Below are positions 39,262 to 52,478 of a DNA stretch of 64,000 nucleotides, piece by piece. The translations under genes and the position numbers were made by a program. Below the pieces are notes generated by a model. It saw nothing but the letters and a program-made list of their open reading frames with translations. It was not told the DNA's origin and did no database searches. The stretch spans positions 21,410-85,409 of the forward strand of contig NW_021833658.1 of assembly GCF_006345805.1 (NCBI RefSeq). Reading direction: 5' to 3'. This DNA is from Octopus sinensis (Eukaryota). How positions within the stretch are numbered: position 1 is the stretch's first letter; every line of letters starts with the position of its first letter.

Positions 39262-39887
39262 TGCATATATATATATATATATACATCAGGTCAACACACA
39301 AATAGTTCTTTGAAACCAAAGAGTGACAACAGATTATAAAATAATGTGGTGAAACAAGGTTATAGACACGTTGTTATATTGTCATTGCCAAGTAGCCATG
39401 TGGTAATGGTCTTTATTATCAACATCTCAGACATGGAAAATAAATCACCCAAAGATACACACATACATACATAGATAGGCTGTTACATACTTGCGCAAAG
39501 CTCACCCACATTCACAGATATATATACATACATATATTTTTTTATTTTTCACATTTGTGAACAATAACAGCATTGGTTATAGGTTTCCAATTGGCCTGCT
39601 ACTGGTTCATTGCATTTACAATGACAAAAGTAACAGGGGAGTGTTAGTGTAACTCAGGCGGAACAAATATCACAGGTTCCATAGTTTTATTTGAAAGCAC
39701 CAGTTTATTAGTTTTCCTGCCGATGTTTACATCTTTCAGTGATATACACCGGTGAAAGATACACACCCACAAACACACACACACACACACACATACACAC
39801 ATGCACACACAACTACGCTCCCACACATACAGAGCCTCCATGAACATTGACCAGACGGAGGCTATATATATATATATGTGTGTATAT

Positions 39888-40117
39888 AAAGCGCGAGCTG
39901 GCAGAAACGTTAGTGTGCCGGGTGAAATGCTTATCGGTATTTCGTCTGCCGCTACGTTCTGAGTTCAAATTCCGCCGAGGTCGACTTTGCCTTTCATCCT
40001 TTCGGGGTGGATAAATAAAGTACCAGTTTCGCACTGGGGTCGATGTAATCGACTTAATCCCTTTGTCTGTCCTTGTTTGTCCCCTCTATGTTTAGCCCCT
40101 TGTGGGTAGTAAAGAAA
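39888..40117 (+). mobile_element. SINE family C, near full length
   Basis: Head GCGAGCTGGCAGAAACGTTAG, B box GAGTTCAAATTCC, tail GTAGTAAAGAAATA. Confidence 0.9.
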
Positions 40118-40199
40118 TATATATATATGTGTGTGTGTGTGTACATATACATACATATACACACACAAACATATAGATAGCTAAATAGATAGATAGATC

Positions 40200-40830
40200 C
40201 TGTATCGTTTATCTTTTATTCATTTCAGTCGTTGGACAATGGTCATGCTGGGGCACCACCTTGAAAGGATATTTTTAGCTGAATGATTTGACCTTAGAAT
40301 TTACTCTTTGGAAACTTGGTACTTATTCTATCTGTCCCTGAAGAGTGGAATGAAGGGGATATAAACAAGCTAGTACCAGTTGTCAAGCACCGGTGGGAAG
40401 TCAAATAGAAAAAAGACACCCTTACACGCACATGCACACTCACACACTCACAAACACACACATATGCACACACACACACTAACACATACACACACAAATA
40501 CACACACACTCACACATTCACAAACACCCCCATACACACACACAAACACATATACACACAAATACACACACTCTCACAAACACACATATATACATACACA
40601 CACTCACGCACACACACACACTAACACACACACAAATATGCACACACACACATATACACACACACACAAAAGGCTTCTTTCAGTTTCCATCTGCCAAATA
40701 TACTTATAAGGCTTTGGTTGGTTCAGAGATGTCTATAGAAGACATTTGTCCAGGGTACCACACAGAGGGACTGAACCTGGTGTCATGTGATTGGGAATCA
40801 AACTTCTTACCATACAGCCACCCTAGCACC
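40200..40830 (-). mobile_element. Older SINE family A copy with expanded (CA)n interior
   Basis: Diverged A-family ends around a ~250-bp CA-rich tract. Confidence 0.7.
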
Positions 40831-40835
40831 TAAAT

Positions 40836-41030
40836 GTTATCCTCATCATCAACATTGAATGTTTGCTTTCCATGCTGGCATGGGTTAGACAGTTTGACTA
40901 AAACTGGTAAGATAGAGAGCTGCACCTTGTTCCAATCTAACTTGGCGTGGTTTCTACGGCTGGATGCCCTTCCTGATGCCAACCACTCCGAGAGTGTAGT
41001 GGGTGCTTTTTACGTGCCACCGGCACAGGT
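40836..41030 (-). mobile_element. SINE family B
   Basis: Consensus match. Confidence 0.8.
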
Positions 41031-41413
41031 ATCACAACTACAACTTCCATTTGGTATTTATTTTGATGTTGATGTACTTGACTCAATAGGTCTCCTCAAG
41101 CACAGCAGGTCACCCTACAATCCAAGGTAAGCACAGCAGGTCGTTCTGCAATCCAAGGTACTTTGGATATATATAAAGATATATACATATACAATTTAGA
41201 TTCAAATAAATATGGTACTTACTTTAGATGCACCAGAATTTTGTATGGTGTTATCCATAAAAATTTGCAGGGTGATTATAATCAAAAATAAGTAACAAGA
41301 ATGACTCCGGTAATTTGGTACCAAATTTATAATAGTATCAGTGGAATTTCGAAACATGGTCGAAAGTAAAAATATTTGATTACACAGCTGCGTAACTCTC
41401 CATTTATCATATA

Positions 41414-41787
41414 TCTCTCTCTATATAACGGCAATTTGTCTGTGCGTTTCTGTGTGTCTTTTTTCTCGTACCTCACTCTGACCACGGCTTTCAACCGATT
41501 CTGATGAAACTTGACACACATAGCCCAATGTCATAATTCAAAACTAACGCAGCGAAAATTGAAAAGTTCCCCCAGTTCTGAAAAAAATCGATAAATTCGA
41601 CATGGGGTCGAGAATCAGAAACCCAAACCACAGACCGTTAGGGGACGCAACTCCACCTTTTTTAACTCTCAAAAAAAATTTACCATCATTTTTTCCCTTT
41701 TTTTGCTATTTTTTGGCTATAACTCTCTAAAAATGCTTTATAGTTATTTCCCTTACAAACCTGAGCAACGCCGGGCGATACTGCTAG
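41414..41787 (+). mobile_element. Non-autonomous Helitron (374 bp)
   Basis: 5' TC after A, 3' CTAG before T, subterminal GC hairpin CCTGAGCAACGCCGGG 8 nt upstream of CTAG; no TSD. Confidence 0.75.
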
Positions 41788-41822
41788 TATATATATATAT
41801 ATAATATAATATATATACAACA

Positions 41823-41853
<31 letters not shown>

Positions 41854-41943
41854 TACTACATATATACATATAGCTAGTGCTAAGATCTCTCAATGGAGAT
41901 GTAAGTTGTAACTATACTAGACAGTGACATTTTTTCTTTTTTT

Positions 41944-42542
41944 CCCCTATAACATAGCTGTTCTATAAGGAACTATGCTACTACATTTTGACCCCAGGTA
42001 AACGTCTTTCCCAGCTAGTTAAAGACACACAACCTGTGTCTGATATATAGTGAGTAAGGGAATAAATCACTCCCCCCACCCCAGCCTGGCAGTAGACCAT
42101 GGTTTCTGGGTTAAATGGTAGTAATGTTCTTTATTGAACAGCCATGTCATAGGAGCAAAATATGTTACCATTTAATATTGTTACTACCTACTTATATCTT
42201 GTTTAGACATCTTAGAACTAGCTTCTATGCTTGTTAGTAGAACAGTGGCTGTCTGCTGCTTCTCTATCAATATATATCGTGAGTAGGAATGATTGACTGC
42301 CATCTCTAGCAGGCAGGTAGCCTGTACCGATGAAGTGTAAAGACCCAGAAATCATGGTCTGCTGATCTTGCCAAGCCGGTGGTGGCGATAGTGGTGGTGG
42401 TGGTGGTGGGAGAGGAGTGATTCACTCCCTTAGTCACAATATATTGGACACAGGTTGTGTGTTGCTAACCAGCTGGAAAAGACGATTTCCTAGGGTTAAA
42501 ATGTCGTAACGTAGTTATTTATAGAACAGCCATGTTATAGTG
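41944..42542. mobile_element. Foldback / long-TIR element (~600 bp, ~130-bp arms)
   Basis: 41945-42075 is an imperfect reverse complement of 42413-42541. Confidence 0.65.
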
Positions 42543-42562
42543 GCTAAAAAACGATACTATAT

Positions 42563-42625
<63 letters not shown>

Positions 42626-42702
42626 ATATACATATATATATACATATATATATACATTAATATATATATAATATATATTATAATATATATATATATATAT
42701 AT

Positions 42703-42776
<74 letters not shown>

Positions 42777-42777
<1 letters not shown>

Positions 42778-43120
42778 TCATCATCATCATCATTCTCCTT
42801 GTCATTTAACGTCCGTTTTCCATGCTAGCATGGGTTGGACGGTTCGACCGGGGTGTGGTAAGCCAGGAGGCTGCACCAGGCTCCAGTCTGATCTAGCAGT
42901 GTTTATACAGCTAGATGCCCTTCCTAATGCCAACCACTCCGTGAGTGTAGTGGGTGCTTTTTACATGTCACCGGCACAAGGGCCAGAGGAGGCTGGTAAA
43001 TGGCTATGGTTGGTTGGTGCTTTTACGTGTCACCGACACAGATGCCACTCAGGTGGCGCTGGCATGTGCCATGTTCGTACAGTTCTTTTAACATGTCACC
43101 AACACGGGTATCTTAGTCTC
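42777..43120 (-). mobile_element. SINE family B
   Basis: Consensus match. Confidence 0.9.
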
Positions 43121-43361
43121 CATGCAATTTTGAGTGTATGTATGCACATGTATGTACAGGTGTCTGGGGAAGTTTTGAGGGAAACTAACAGTTGCTTTGC
43201 CCATGCACGCAAATTGCTATTCCCCATGTCACTTTTGTTTCTGCAAAGGAATCCCTGCTGTCTTGAGCCATTACATCTTAGCTCCAGTGTTGTCACAGGC
43301 ATTACTATCAGGACAGATACTACAAGGCATCTTGCCAACCATCTCACAGTTCCACTATTCA

Positions 43362-43909
43362 GCACCCTATATTGGTACCCAGGATATTAATCGTCTGAAA
43401 ACCATTCAGCGACGTGCAATCAAGAGAATATCCTCCATCAGGCGTTTGCCATATTCTGAACGCCTTACTTCCCTGGGCATGGATACATTGAAACTCCGAC
43501 GTCTTGCAACTGACTTGGCAGACACCCATAAAATTATTAACCATCTTACAAACAATAACTCTGAGCACCTTTTCAAACTCCACCTGTCTAAACCTGTGGA
43601 CATGTTTACAAAGTCAGAAAACAGCACAGCTCCCATGACTTTCGGAAACATTTTTTCACTCTAAGAGTTGCTGAAGCATGGAACAAACTGCCAGCATCAG
43701 TTGTTAGTTGTCGGAGCACTGCATCCTTCAAAACTTCCATGCTTCCTGAGATTCACCAACACTACACCTGATTTTCTCCCCTCCATACACACACAAGCAT
43801 GTATCTGACTCATACATTGTTCACTTTCCAGATATTTGTACATTACTGCATATGCTTTATATGCACTTTTGACAAGATGTGGTGCACCTGAGCACTGTAT
43901 ACAATAATT

Positions 43910-43967
<58 letters not shown>

Positions 43968-43968
43968 G
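43362..43968 (+). mobile_element. CR1-type LINE 3' fragment with (ATT)n tail
   Basis: [17 protein letters not shown]...YSERLTSLGMDTLKLRRLATDL...KHFFTLRVAEAWNKLPASVV match CR1 ORF2 C-terminus, one frameshift. Confidence 0.9.
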
Positions 43969-44043
43969 ATTAGAAGCAGAATTGACCTTTGTGGGATTTG
44001 CACTCAGACTGAAGCAAGTCAGAACAAAAGTAACAAAGCATCC

Positions 44044-44124
<81 letters not shown>

Positions 44125-44149
44125 TCTCTCTTCAACTCTCTGTATAAAT

Positions 44150-44325
44150 ATACATGCACAGGCATGGTTCTGAGGTACGAAGTTTGCTTCCCAACCAAAT
44201 GGTTCCTTATTCAGTCCCACTGCATAGTACCTTAGGCTAGTGTCTTCTGCTACAATCTCAGGCCAATCAAAGCCTTGTGAAGGAATTTGGGAGGGAGAAA
44301 CTGAAAAAGGCCTGCTATATATATA
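44150..44325 (+). mobile_element. Older SINE family A 5' part
   Basis: Diverged head and body. Confidence 0.7.
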
Positions 44326-44361
44326 CATACATACATACATACACACAAATATATATATATA

Positions 44362-45618
44362 TAATGAATCATCCCATAAATAATATGGTTTTTTATACTT
44401 CTTTTATTTTCCAAAATTAAGATAAACAAGGTTCTTTGTTAATTTAAAATACACTCTCATTTACTTTACCTTCATTTTCTACTGTGCTCTAGTAGACTTG
44501 CAAGGTCCCTCTTCCAAAATTCACTTGTCTCTGATGAAAATACTTTGCCAGTACTGTCCTGACCTCGTCTACAGAATTTATGTTTTTTCCATCCAAATGA
44601 ATTTGAAGACTGCAGAATAAATGATAATCAGATGAGGCAAACCAGATAATCAGATGGGGGTGAATATGGTGAGTGGGGCATCGTTTTCCATTCAAACTGC
44701 TCCGCCCTTTGGAATGTCATCCTTGCTGTATGTAGCCAAGCATTTGTCTTCTAACCAAAGATGGTCATTGTACTTCAAGTGTTGACTTAAGCCATTCCAG
44801 CTGCTTGCCGTAGATTTCCTTTGTTATCATTTTGTTGGGGTTTAAAAGTTCAAAGTGGACTAAACCTTTCATATCCCACCAAACAAATAACATCACTTTA
44901 CATGTGTGAAGACCTTCTTTAGCCTGGGGATCCAGTGTTTCTCCTTTCCCTACCCACTCTCTTTGGCACTTGACATTTTTATCGAGAACCCATTTCGCGT
45001 CATCAGCCCATATTCAGTCCAAAAAAGGTTCATTTGTGAGATGTGACAGCAAAGAAAAGCACACATTCACTCTCTACACTTGATTATACTTGGAAAATTG
45101 AGAGGAACTCATTGACCCAATTTGCTGACTTTTCCAATGGCATGCAGGTGTCAATGAATGGTTGAATGACCAAATCCAAGATTCTCTGCTGGTTCCTCAA
45201 CAGCTACAATACGATTTTGTTCCACCGTATTTTACCAGATGTCCTTATCAAGCTCTAGAGATCTTCTAGGCTGTAGTTTCTGGCTCAGAATTTCTGAAAC
45301 TACCATTGACACTGGCTTACACTTATTGTCTGATTCCCATATACTGCATTAATATTCCTTGTACTGTCCATTGCATTGTTGCATTTATTGAACTCATAAA
45401 GCAAAATATAAGTATGCTCCTTTGTCACTTCCATTATAGCTTTGAAAAAATAATGGTTAAAATCGAACTGCACTCTTCAAAACTTGCACTATGAATAAGG
45501 ACAAGGTAAAATTACTACCTGCTTTTATAGCAAGTTGATGCAGATAGTTTACCCTGTCCCCTCCAACTTTTAGTTCATGCAATTGAAAAATCCGCATTAT
45601 TAATGAGACTACCCAATA
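44362..45618 (-). mobile_element. Decayed near-full-length mariner (DD34D-type) transposon with pseudogenised transposase (ATG at 45434)
   Basis: MEVTKEH..ILLYEFNK, NEPFLD*IWADDAKWV, KVMLFVWWDMKGLVHFELL, PHSPYSP..SDYHLF; imperfect ~30-bp TIRs with TA ends; ~1.26 kb. Confidence 0.92.
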
Positions 45619-45619
45619 T

Positions 45620-45644
45620 GTATGTGTAAATGTGTGTATGTATA

Positions 45645-45682
<38 letters not shown>

Positions 45683-45910
45683 TGTGTCTTTGTATCTGTG
45701 TTCGTCCCCCACCACCACTTGACAAATGGTGTTGGTGTGTTTACATCCCCATAATGTAACAGTTTGGCAAAAGAGATATGGAGTATTATCTGGTTGAAAA
45801 AAGAAAATTTATTAAGTACTGGGATTGATTCATTCAACTAAAAGGTTTTCAAGCTGGTGCTCCAGCTTGGCCACAGCCTAATGACAGAAACAGGCAACAG
45901 ATAAAAGATA
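45620..45910 (+). mobile_element. SINE family A 3' part
   Basis: Diverged family body and tail. Confidence 0.7.
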
Positions 45911-46030
45911 ATACACACACATTTGTGCATAGATATATATAATTAAATTTGGCTAACCCAATCACCTGTTATTGGGGAGTATCCTGTGAAGCCAACAACA
46001 TGTCACTGAAACTCCAAATGTCCCTGGATT

Positions 46031-46560
46031 CATCATCATCATCATCGTTTAACGTCCGCTTTCCATGCTAGCATGGGTTGGACGATTTTGACTGAGGGCT
46101 GGTGAACCGGATGGCTGCACCATGCTTCCATCTGATCAGGCAGAGTTTCTGCAGCTGGATGCCCTTCCTAACGCCAACCACTTTGAGAGTGTAGTGGGTG
46201 CATTTTATGTGCCACCGGCATGGGGGTCAGTCAGTCAGTACTAGCAATGACCTCACTTGAATCTTTTTACACATGCCACCGGCACAGGTGCCAGTAAATC
46301 AATGCTGGTAACGATCACGCTTGAGTGGTGCCCTTTTACCTGTCACCGGCACGGAAGCCAGTTGGCTGCTCTGGCAATGATCACACTTTGATGGTGCTCT
46401 TGGCACCCTACTAGCATGGGTACAAGTGCCAGTAAGGCGATGCTGGTAATGATCACACTCGAATGGTGCCTTTTATGTGCCGCTCTGTCAACAATCACAC
46501 TCGTATGGTGCTCTTTGCACCCTGCTAGCACAGATGCCAGTCATCGAATTTGATTTTGAT
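46031..46560 (-). mobile_element. SINE family B with internal tandem units
   Basis: Consensus match. Confidence 0.9.
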
Positions 46561-46676
46561 TTTGAGTAATTACAATAAACTCTTACATGCTATTATGGTA
46601 TAGAGCACTGTTTCTTCTGTCTATCAAAATCTTTATAGATATATACATGAGTGTGTGTGTGTGTGTGTATTAGGAA

Positions 46677-46707
<31 letters not shown>

Positions 46708-47095
46708 TATGCAATGGGCTTCCATAGAGTTTTCATGGGAATTTCCACTGCAAGGCATTGGTGAACCTGAGTCTATAATCAGTGACATTTTCCCAAAGCA
46801 CCATAGAATAGATTCAAACCTTGGACCACATGATGACTATAAAGCAAGATTCTTGACCAAACAGTCAGAGTCACACACGTATACTCATACATGCATAACA
46901 TGCACCAACACAGAACAAAACACACACACACACACACACACAAACAAACACATGCAGTGCATACACACAGCTTTATAGATATCTACTTAGTCAGTAAAAC
47001 TATATTTCTATCCTTAAGTGATGAGTGATTGAGTGAGAAATGAAGCAATTGAGTGACGGAGTGTGGAGAGTGAATGAAATTAATGAGAGAGAGAG

Positions 47096-47132
<37 letters not shown>

Positions 47133-47775
47133 GAGAGCAAGTGAAGGAGTGAAGGGTTGTAGCGAATGAGTGTGCAAGTAAATGAATGTGTGGAGTGAAG
47201 AAGCGGAGTTAGTGAGAAGCTCCGCCACCTACCAAAATATATGTCTTGGTTAGATTCCAGGAGTTCATTGCCGGCGCCTTTTTAGTCAGTGGGTAATTGG
47301 ATACAGTTCATAGAACACAACCGATATTTCACAGCTCATATATCACACAGTCCCTTTCATAGGCAACAAGATGGAGAACATCAATTTTCTATGCTACAAC
47401 AACATAACTATTTGGTCTGGAAGAGCAGTCTTAGAGCTGCTTCAATATTGTTCTATTCTGGCATTGCTTGCCATTATTGATTTGATTTTTTTTTATAGTC
47501 TATTTTTTTTTATTCTTTTATTTTTTTACATATATTTCTACAGAAGAACCCTAGGTTTTATAGCTTCGATTTTTTCCACACATATATATATATATGTATA
47601 TGTATACACACACACACATATATATATATACATACATATGTGAGTATGTATGTATATTCTGTATTTATTGTGTGTGTATATAATATATGCATATGCATAG
47701 ATGCATCCCTCTCACTCTCTCCCTGGCTCTCTGTCTCTGTATATATACATATATATCTATGAATTTAAATATATA

Positions 47776-47829
<54 letters not shown>

Positions 47830-47907
47830 AATACATATACATACATACACACACACACACACATATATATTATGTATGTATATATATATATATATATATA
47901 TATACAG

Positions 47908-47950
<43 letters not shown>

Positions 47951-48065
47951 TATATACATGTATATATATATATTTATAAACATATTATATATACATGCAC
48001 ACTTATACATGTATATATACATATGTGTGTGTATATACATATATATATGTATGTATGTATGTATG

Positions 48066-48120
<55 letters not shown>

Positions 48121-49033
48121 CACACATAAAGATATACATATATGTATGTATAGAACTGTATATTTTCTTTTATTGTTTTCTTTCTTTCATTCAGTCTATA
48201 AATTGATTTTAAATGCGTACTTATATAGTAAAATGCAGGCAAAACACATATAATCACACCCACAAATACACACACACACACATACACACACGCTCATGCA
48301 CGTACACTCATACACTCACATTCACACATATTCTAACTAATGGAACCATTTATATACACACACATATGCATACGCATGCTTATAAACATAAAAAGATAAT
48401 CTTTTGTCAGTGACCAGCTCTTAACTTGTTCCACGGGAGAACAAAATCTACATAAAATGTATATAGTATTTTTTATTATTCTTTTATTCCGTACCTGGTT
48501 TCGGCATTGGACTGTGGCCATGCTGGGGCACCACTTCAGGGATTTTCAGATGATCATAATGACACTATTTCTTATCTCTGTCTTGTACTTATTTTATTAT
48601 TATTTCTTTATTCGGTAAATTGGTTCACTAACCTCTCAGTCTAAACAGCTGTTTTTAACCAATCGTGTTATTAAATATATTAACACAAACATGAACTCAG
48701 ACAGACAGGCAAATACTTTCTATTCTCTTTCTCTCTCCTCCCTCGCTGTTTTGATTATCTTGCTACAGCTCACCCCTCTCTCTCTCTCCTTTCTCTCTCT
48801 TTCCCTTGACTCGCCTGTTACACTCATACCCCTCTCAGAAGGCACCACAAGACCTTCCTCGTCTTGTTTCTCATGCTCCACATTTTCTTATGAACCGATC
48901 ATTTAACTGGTCAATCATTTCTTTTCCAGTTCCGTGTTTGTTTAATATTAATTTTTTTCCTCAAGGCTGAAGGGCACACTATCTCTTCTTTTTAATGCTA
49001 CTTTGCACAACTTGTCTTAATTTTGCCGCCAAG

Positions 49034-49040
49034 ATGAAAG
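49034..49040 (+). CDS. Candidate start exon (exon 48966-49040): ATG AAA G
   Basis: Acceptor tttttttcctcaag, in-frame stop at exon start, GCCGCCAAGATG context, donor AAG|gtattg; an upstream in-frame ATG also exists. Confidence 0.3.
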
Positions 49041-49403
49041 GTATTGTGTGTGTGTAGATAGATGAATAAACAGATAGACAAACAGATAGACTGACAGCTA
49101 GACAGACAGATAGATATAATCCATAATCATTAATCTAACAAAATGTACTCTTTTGCCTATGATTCATCAGAAACAGAATATATTTTGTCAGAGTAACTGT
49201 TATTAATTAAATATATTATTGACTCTCAGACATATCTTTGGGTATTTTATTCTAACATATTAGACATAGCGTCTTTTTGAATTTGTCCTCCCCCCTGGAA
49301 TGCATTTTGTTCATTGCATATTTCTTTTCTCATTCTCCTCATGACTTGTCTTTACTCAAATGACTGAAACAAGTAAAAGAGAGTACTGTGCTGAGGGTGC
49401 CTA

Positions 49404-49632
49404 TTAACCCTTTCGTTACCAACCCAGCTGAAACCACCTCTGGCTCTGTAGTACAAATGTCTTGTTTTCACAAGTTTTGACTTAAAATCTTCCACCAAAC
49501 CTTAATCACAATTTATGTTCCTAACACTAGTTTAATGATAACTAAATTATTTTACTAAATTCTTTGTTTTATTTAAAGTAATTGAAAGAAACACAGAGCG
49601 TCTCAGAATAAATACAGTAACGAAAGGGTTAA
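49404..49632 (-). mobile_element. TTAA-type MITE, copy 5
   Basis: TTAA ends; inverted orientation. Confidence 0.9.
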
Positions 49633-49850
49633 GGTGGAAGAACTAGACCACATCCATCTTCTTGCTTCCAGAAAGAATGAAATGTCTTTTCTTTAATGAT
49701 AGGTTCCTTCTGGAAATTCTCTTCGCTTCTTATTTTGAGTACAATACAGTTCCTGCTAGGAGTTTGTTTACCTCCTCTTAATGAAAGATAATTTCAATAA
49801 ATCAGTGATTAATCTTGCATAATATTTTCATACAGCTTTCTTTGTTTCAG

Positions 49851-49877
49851 TTGTCCAAATTCAAGTCACTGCTCACT
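49851..49877 (+). CDS. Candidate 27-nt microexon (phase 1-1), xVQIQVTAH
   Basis: ctttctttgtttcag| and ACT|gtaaga; all frames open. Confidence 0.3.
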
Positions 49878-49949
49878 GTAAGATATTTCTCTTAGGTTTC
49901 CATTATATATGCATCTATTGTTACATATGCATACACATGTATTTATATT

Positions 49950-50268
49950 GCATTGCTCAGTGGTTAGGGCATCGAGCTTACGATTGCAAGATTGTGAGTT
50001 CGAATCCCGGACAAGGATGTGCGTTTTGTTCTTGAGCAAGACACTTTATCTCACGTTGCTCCAGTTTACTCAGCTGTAAAAATGAGTTGCAATGTCGCAG
50101 GTGCCAAGCTGTATCGGCCCTGGATAACACTGGTGGCATGGAGAGGGGAGGCCGGTATGCATGGGCGACTGCTGGTCTTCCATAAACAACCTTGCCCAGA
50201 CTTGTGCCTGGGAAGGTAACTTTCTAGGTGCAATACCATGGTCAGTCATGAACGAAGGGGATCTCAGC
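49950..50268 (+). mobile_element. tRNA-derived SINE related to family E
   Basis: B box GAGTTCGAATCCC and shared TTCTTGAGCAAGACACTT..GCTCCAG central block, different tail. Confidence 0.8.
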
Positions 50269-50287
50269 ATATTTATATATATATATC

Positions 50288-50490
50288 GCCATGTTGAATC
50301 GCTAGCTTCTGCACGCATTTTTTTCTCTCCTTGTTTCTCTCCGTGTTTCTTTTCTGTGTATCTTTCTGTTGAAGAGCGTAGGCTCGAAACGTAAAAGTCT
50401 TGTTTTATTTATATTCCTGAGCGCCATACTAATACAATTGTTTGTTTGTACTCCACCTGCCTTCGTCTTTTGTTTATTTTCATAAAGCTT
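50288..50490 (+). mobile_element. ~200-bp Penelope-LTR-like / retrozyme-like unit between (TA)n runs
   Basis: Related copies at 51440-51635 (minus) and partial 26915-27005 (minus); hammerhead-like motif at 50362-50397. Confidence 0.6.
50362..50397 (+). ncRNA. Variant minimal hammerhead-like motif (CUGUUGA core)
   Basis: CTTT-CTGTTGA-A-GAGC GTAG GCTC-GAAA-CGT-A-AAAG. Confidence 0.4.
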
Positions 50491-50654
50491 CCCATTATAT
50501 ATATATATATATATATATATTTGGTGGGGGGCACTTCTGAACAGTTTCCATCTTTCTAGCTAGCACATAATTCCACTCTCAATTAATTTAAAAATACACT
50601 TGAGTCAAGTACATCAACATCAAAATAGATATCAAATGGAAATAGTAGTTGTGA

Positions 50655-50981
50655 TACTTGTGCTGGTGGCACATAAAAAGCACAATTCTAACATGGCCGA
50701 TGCCAGCGCTGCCTTGACTGGCTTCTGTGCTGGTGGCACGTAAAAAGCACCGACTGATTGTGGCCGCTGCCAGCCTCCCCTGGCACCTGTGCTAGTGGCA
50801 CGTAAAAAGCACCCACTACACTCATGGAGTGGTTGGTGTTAGGAAGGGCATCCAGCTGTAGAAACACTGCCAGATCAGACTGGAGTCTGGTGCAGCCACC
50901 TGGCTTCCCAGACCCTGGTCGAACCGTCGAACCCATGCTAGTGCGGAAAACGGACGTTAAATGATGATGATGATGATGATG
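50655..50981 (+). mobile_element. SINE family B
   Basis: Consensus match and (GAT)n tail. Confidence 0.9.
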
Positions 50982-51439
50982 ACTTACAAAAGATGTCACA
51001 CACATGAATGAGTGTAGAGCCATCTGTCTGCACGATCCAGACAACCATTCCCCACATCTATCCCCACCCCCACAACTGCATTTAACGAATTACATGAAAT
51101 TCGTGTTAAATGTGTTGGTTTTATTACTAGTACCAATAGTCTTGAGTGTGGATGCAATTAACACACATTTCCACACAAATTCACACAAACACGTTTCTAC
51201 TGGAGATGAACAGAGTTAATTGGCATTATCATGGGAGGCAACATGGAGTACGTACATGGAAAGATGGGCTTAAAATAGGAAGGACTCGTGGATGTCTTGA
51301 CTCCTAAGGAATAAAAAAAATTTTGGCCTCAGTCGGATTAGAAGTCAGAGGGTCAGAATATATATTACAAATCATTCTATTTCATTCTCTTATAACGCTG
51401 CCAGTTCCTCACCTAAGTCTGTTACAGGGTACTGTTCTA

Positions 51440-51635
51440 TATGGGGAGAGTTTACAAAAAAAAACAAAAGACAAAGACAGGTGGTGTACAAAACAAACAG
51501 ATGTATTAGTATAACGCTCAGGAATAGAAAAAGTATTTTACGTTTCAAGCCTACGCTCTTCTACAGAAATGGACACAGAAAAAACAAGGAGAGAAAAAAT
51601 GTGAGTAGTGGCTAATGATTTATCATGGCGACTGA
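51440..51635 (-). mobile_element. Second copy of the ~200-bp Penelope/retrozyme-like unit
   Basis: Reverse complement of 50288-50490; motif at 51535-51570. Confidence 0.6.
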
Positions 51636-52478
51636 CCTATATGATCCAGTACGTATTACCATTGATAGTTAGGCTAACTTAAGGTAAGGTAGAATATGGT
51701 GTTCTGTCCAAAACCAACAGAGAAAAGGAAAAAAAAATCCTTCAGGGAAGAATGCCACTCATAAATCATACCACAATATTCTCACATTATTTGATATTTA
51801 TTTCTACTGAGAGTGAAGTTGAACTGAGGAGGGTATCTACCCAGAAAATTAACTGTCTACCCTGGATTTGAACTCTTAAGCTATGCAGCAGTAAAACTAA
51901 TACACCCAGACAATTTACCTATCTTAATATGTTCGAGAAGTAACTCTCTAGTTAGGCTTCCTCTTGGAGTTAATAAGTTTACTAGAAATGGCAGTCAAAT
52001 CTCTGTCAACTCACGCTTTACCACGAGGGACAGTGTGAGGCATAATAGGCGATGATGAGGATGATATATAAGTGCTAGTGTGGCTGTATGGTAAGAAGTT
52101 TGATTCCCAATCATATGACACCAGGTTCAGTCCCTCTGTGTAGTACCCTGGACAAATGTCTTCTAAAAACATCTCTGAACCAACCAAAGCCTCATCCATT
52201 TTAGGTTAGGTAGCTCTGGAAAGCACTGTCTGAAAATTAGACGGGATGGTCATGGGAGGCAAACTTTTCGATAACGTGGTCAACCAGATCATACCTGGGG
52301 CATAGCAACAACAATGAAACATCAACAGCGTAGACAACAAACAGCAGACAATAAGTGATCGGACGTAGAGATCTCCCTCTTGTACCAAAATGCCATTTCC
52401 AAACAAAAGAACGACTGCTTTTTCCGTGACATTAAGATCCTCTGTGCTACCAGCATGTCAAAAGTTTGTTGGTCTTAG

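Noticed and set aside
43197-43664. 155-aa ORF as a host gene
   Set aside because: Its second half is CR1 ORF2 C-terminus
52206-52406. Minus-strand exon candidates (YDLVDHVIEKFASHDHPV and similar)
   Set aside because: Overlap the antisense of a family F 3' tail
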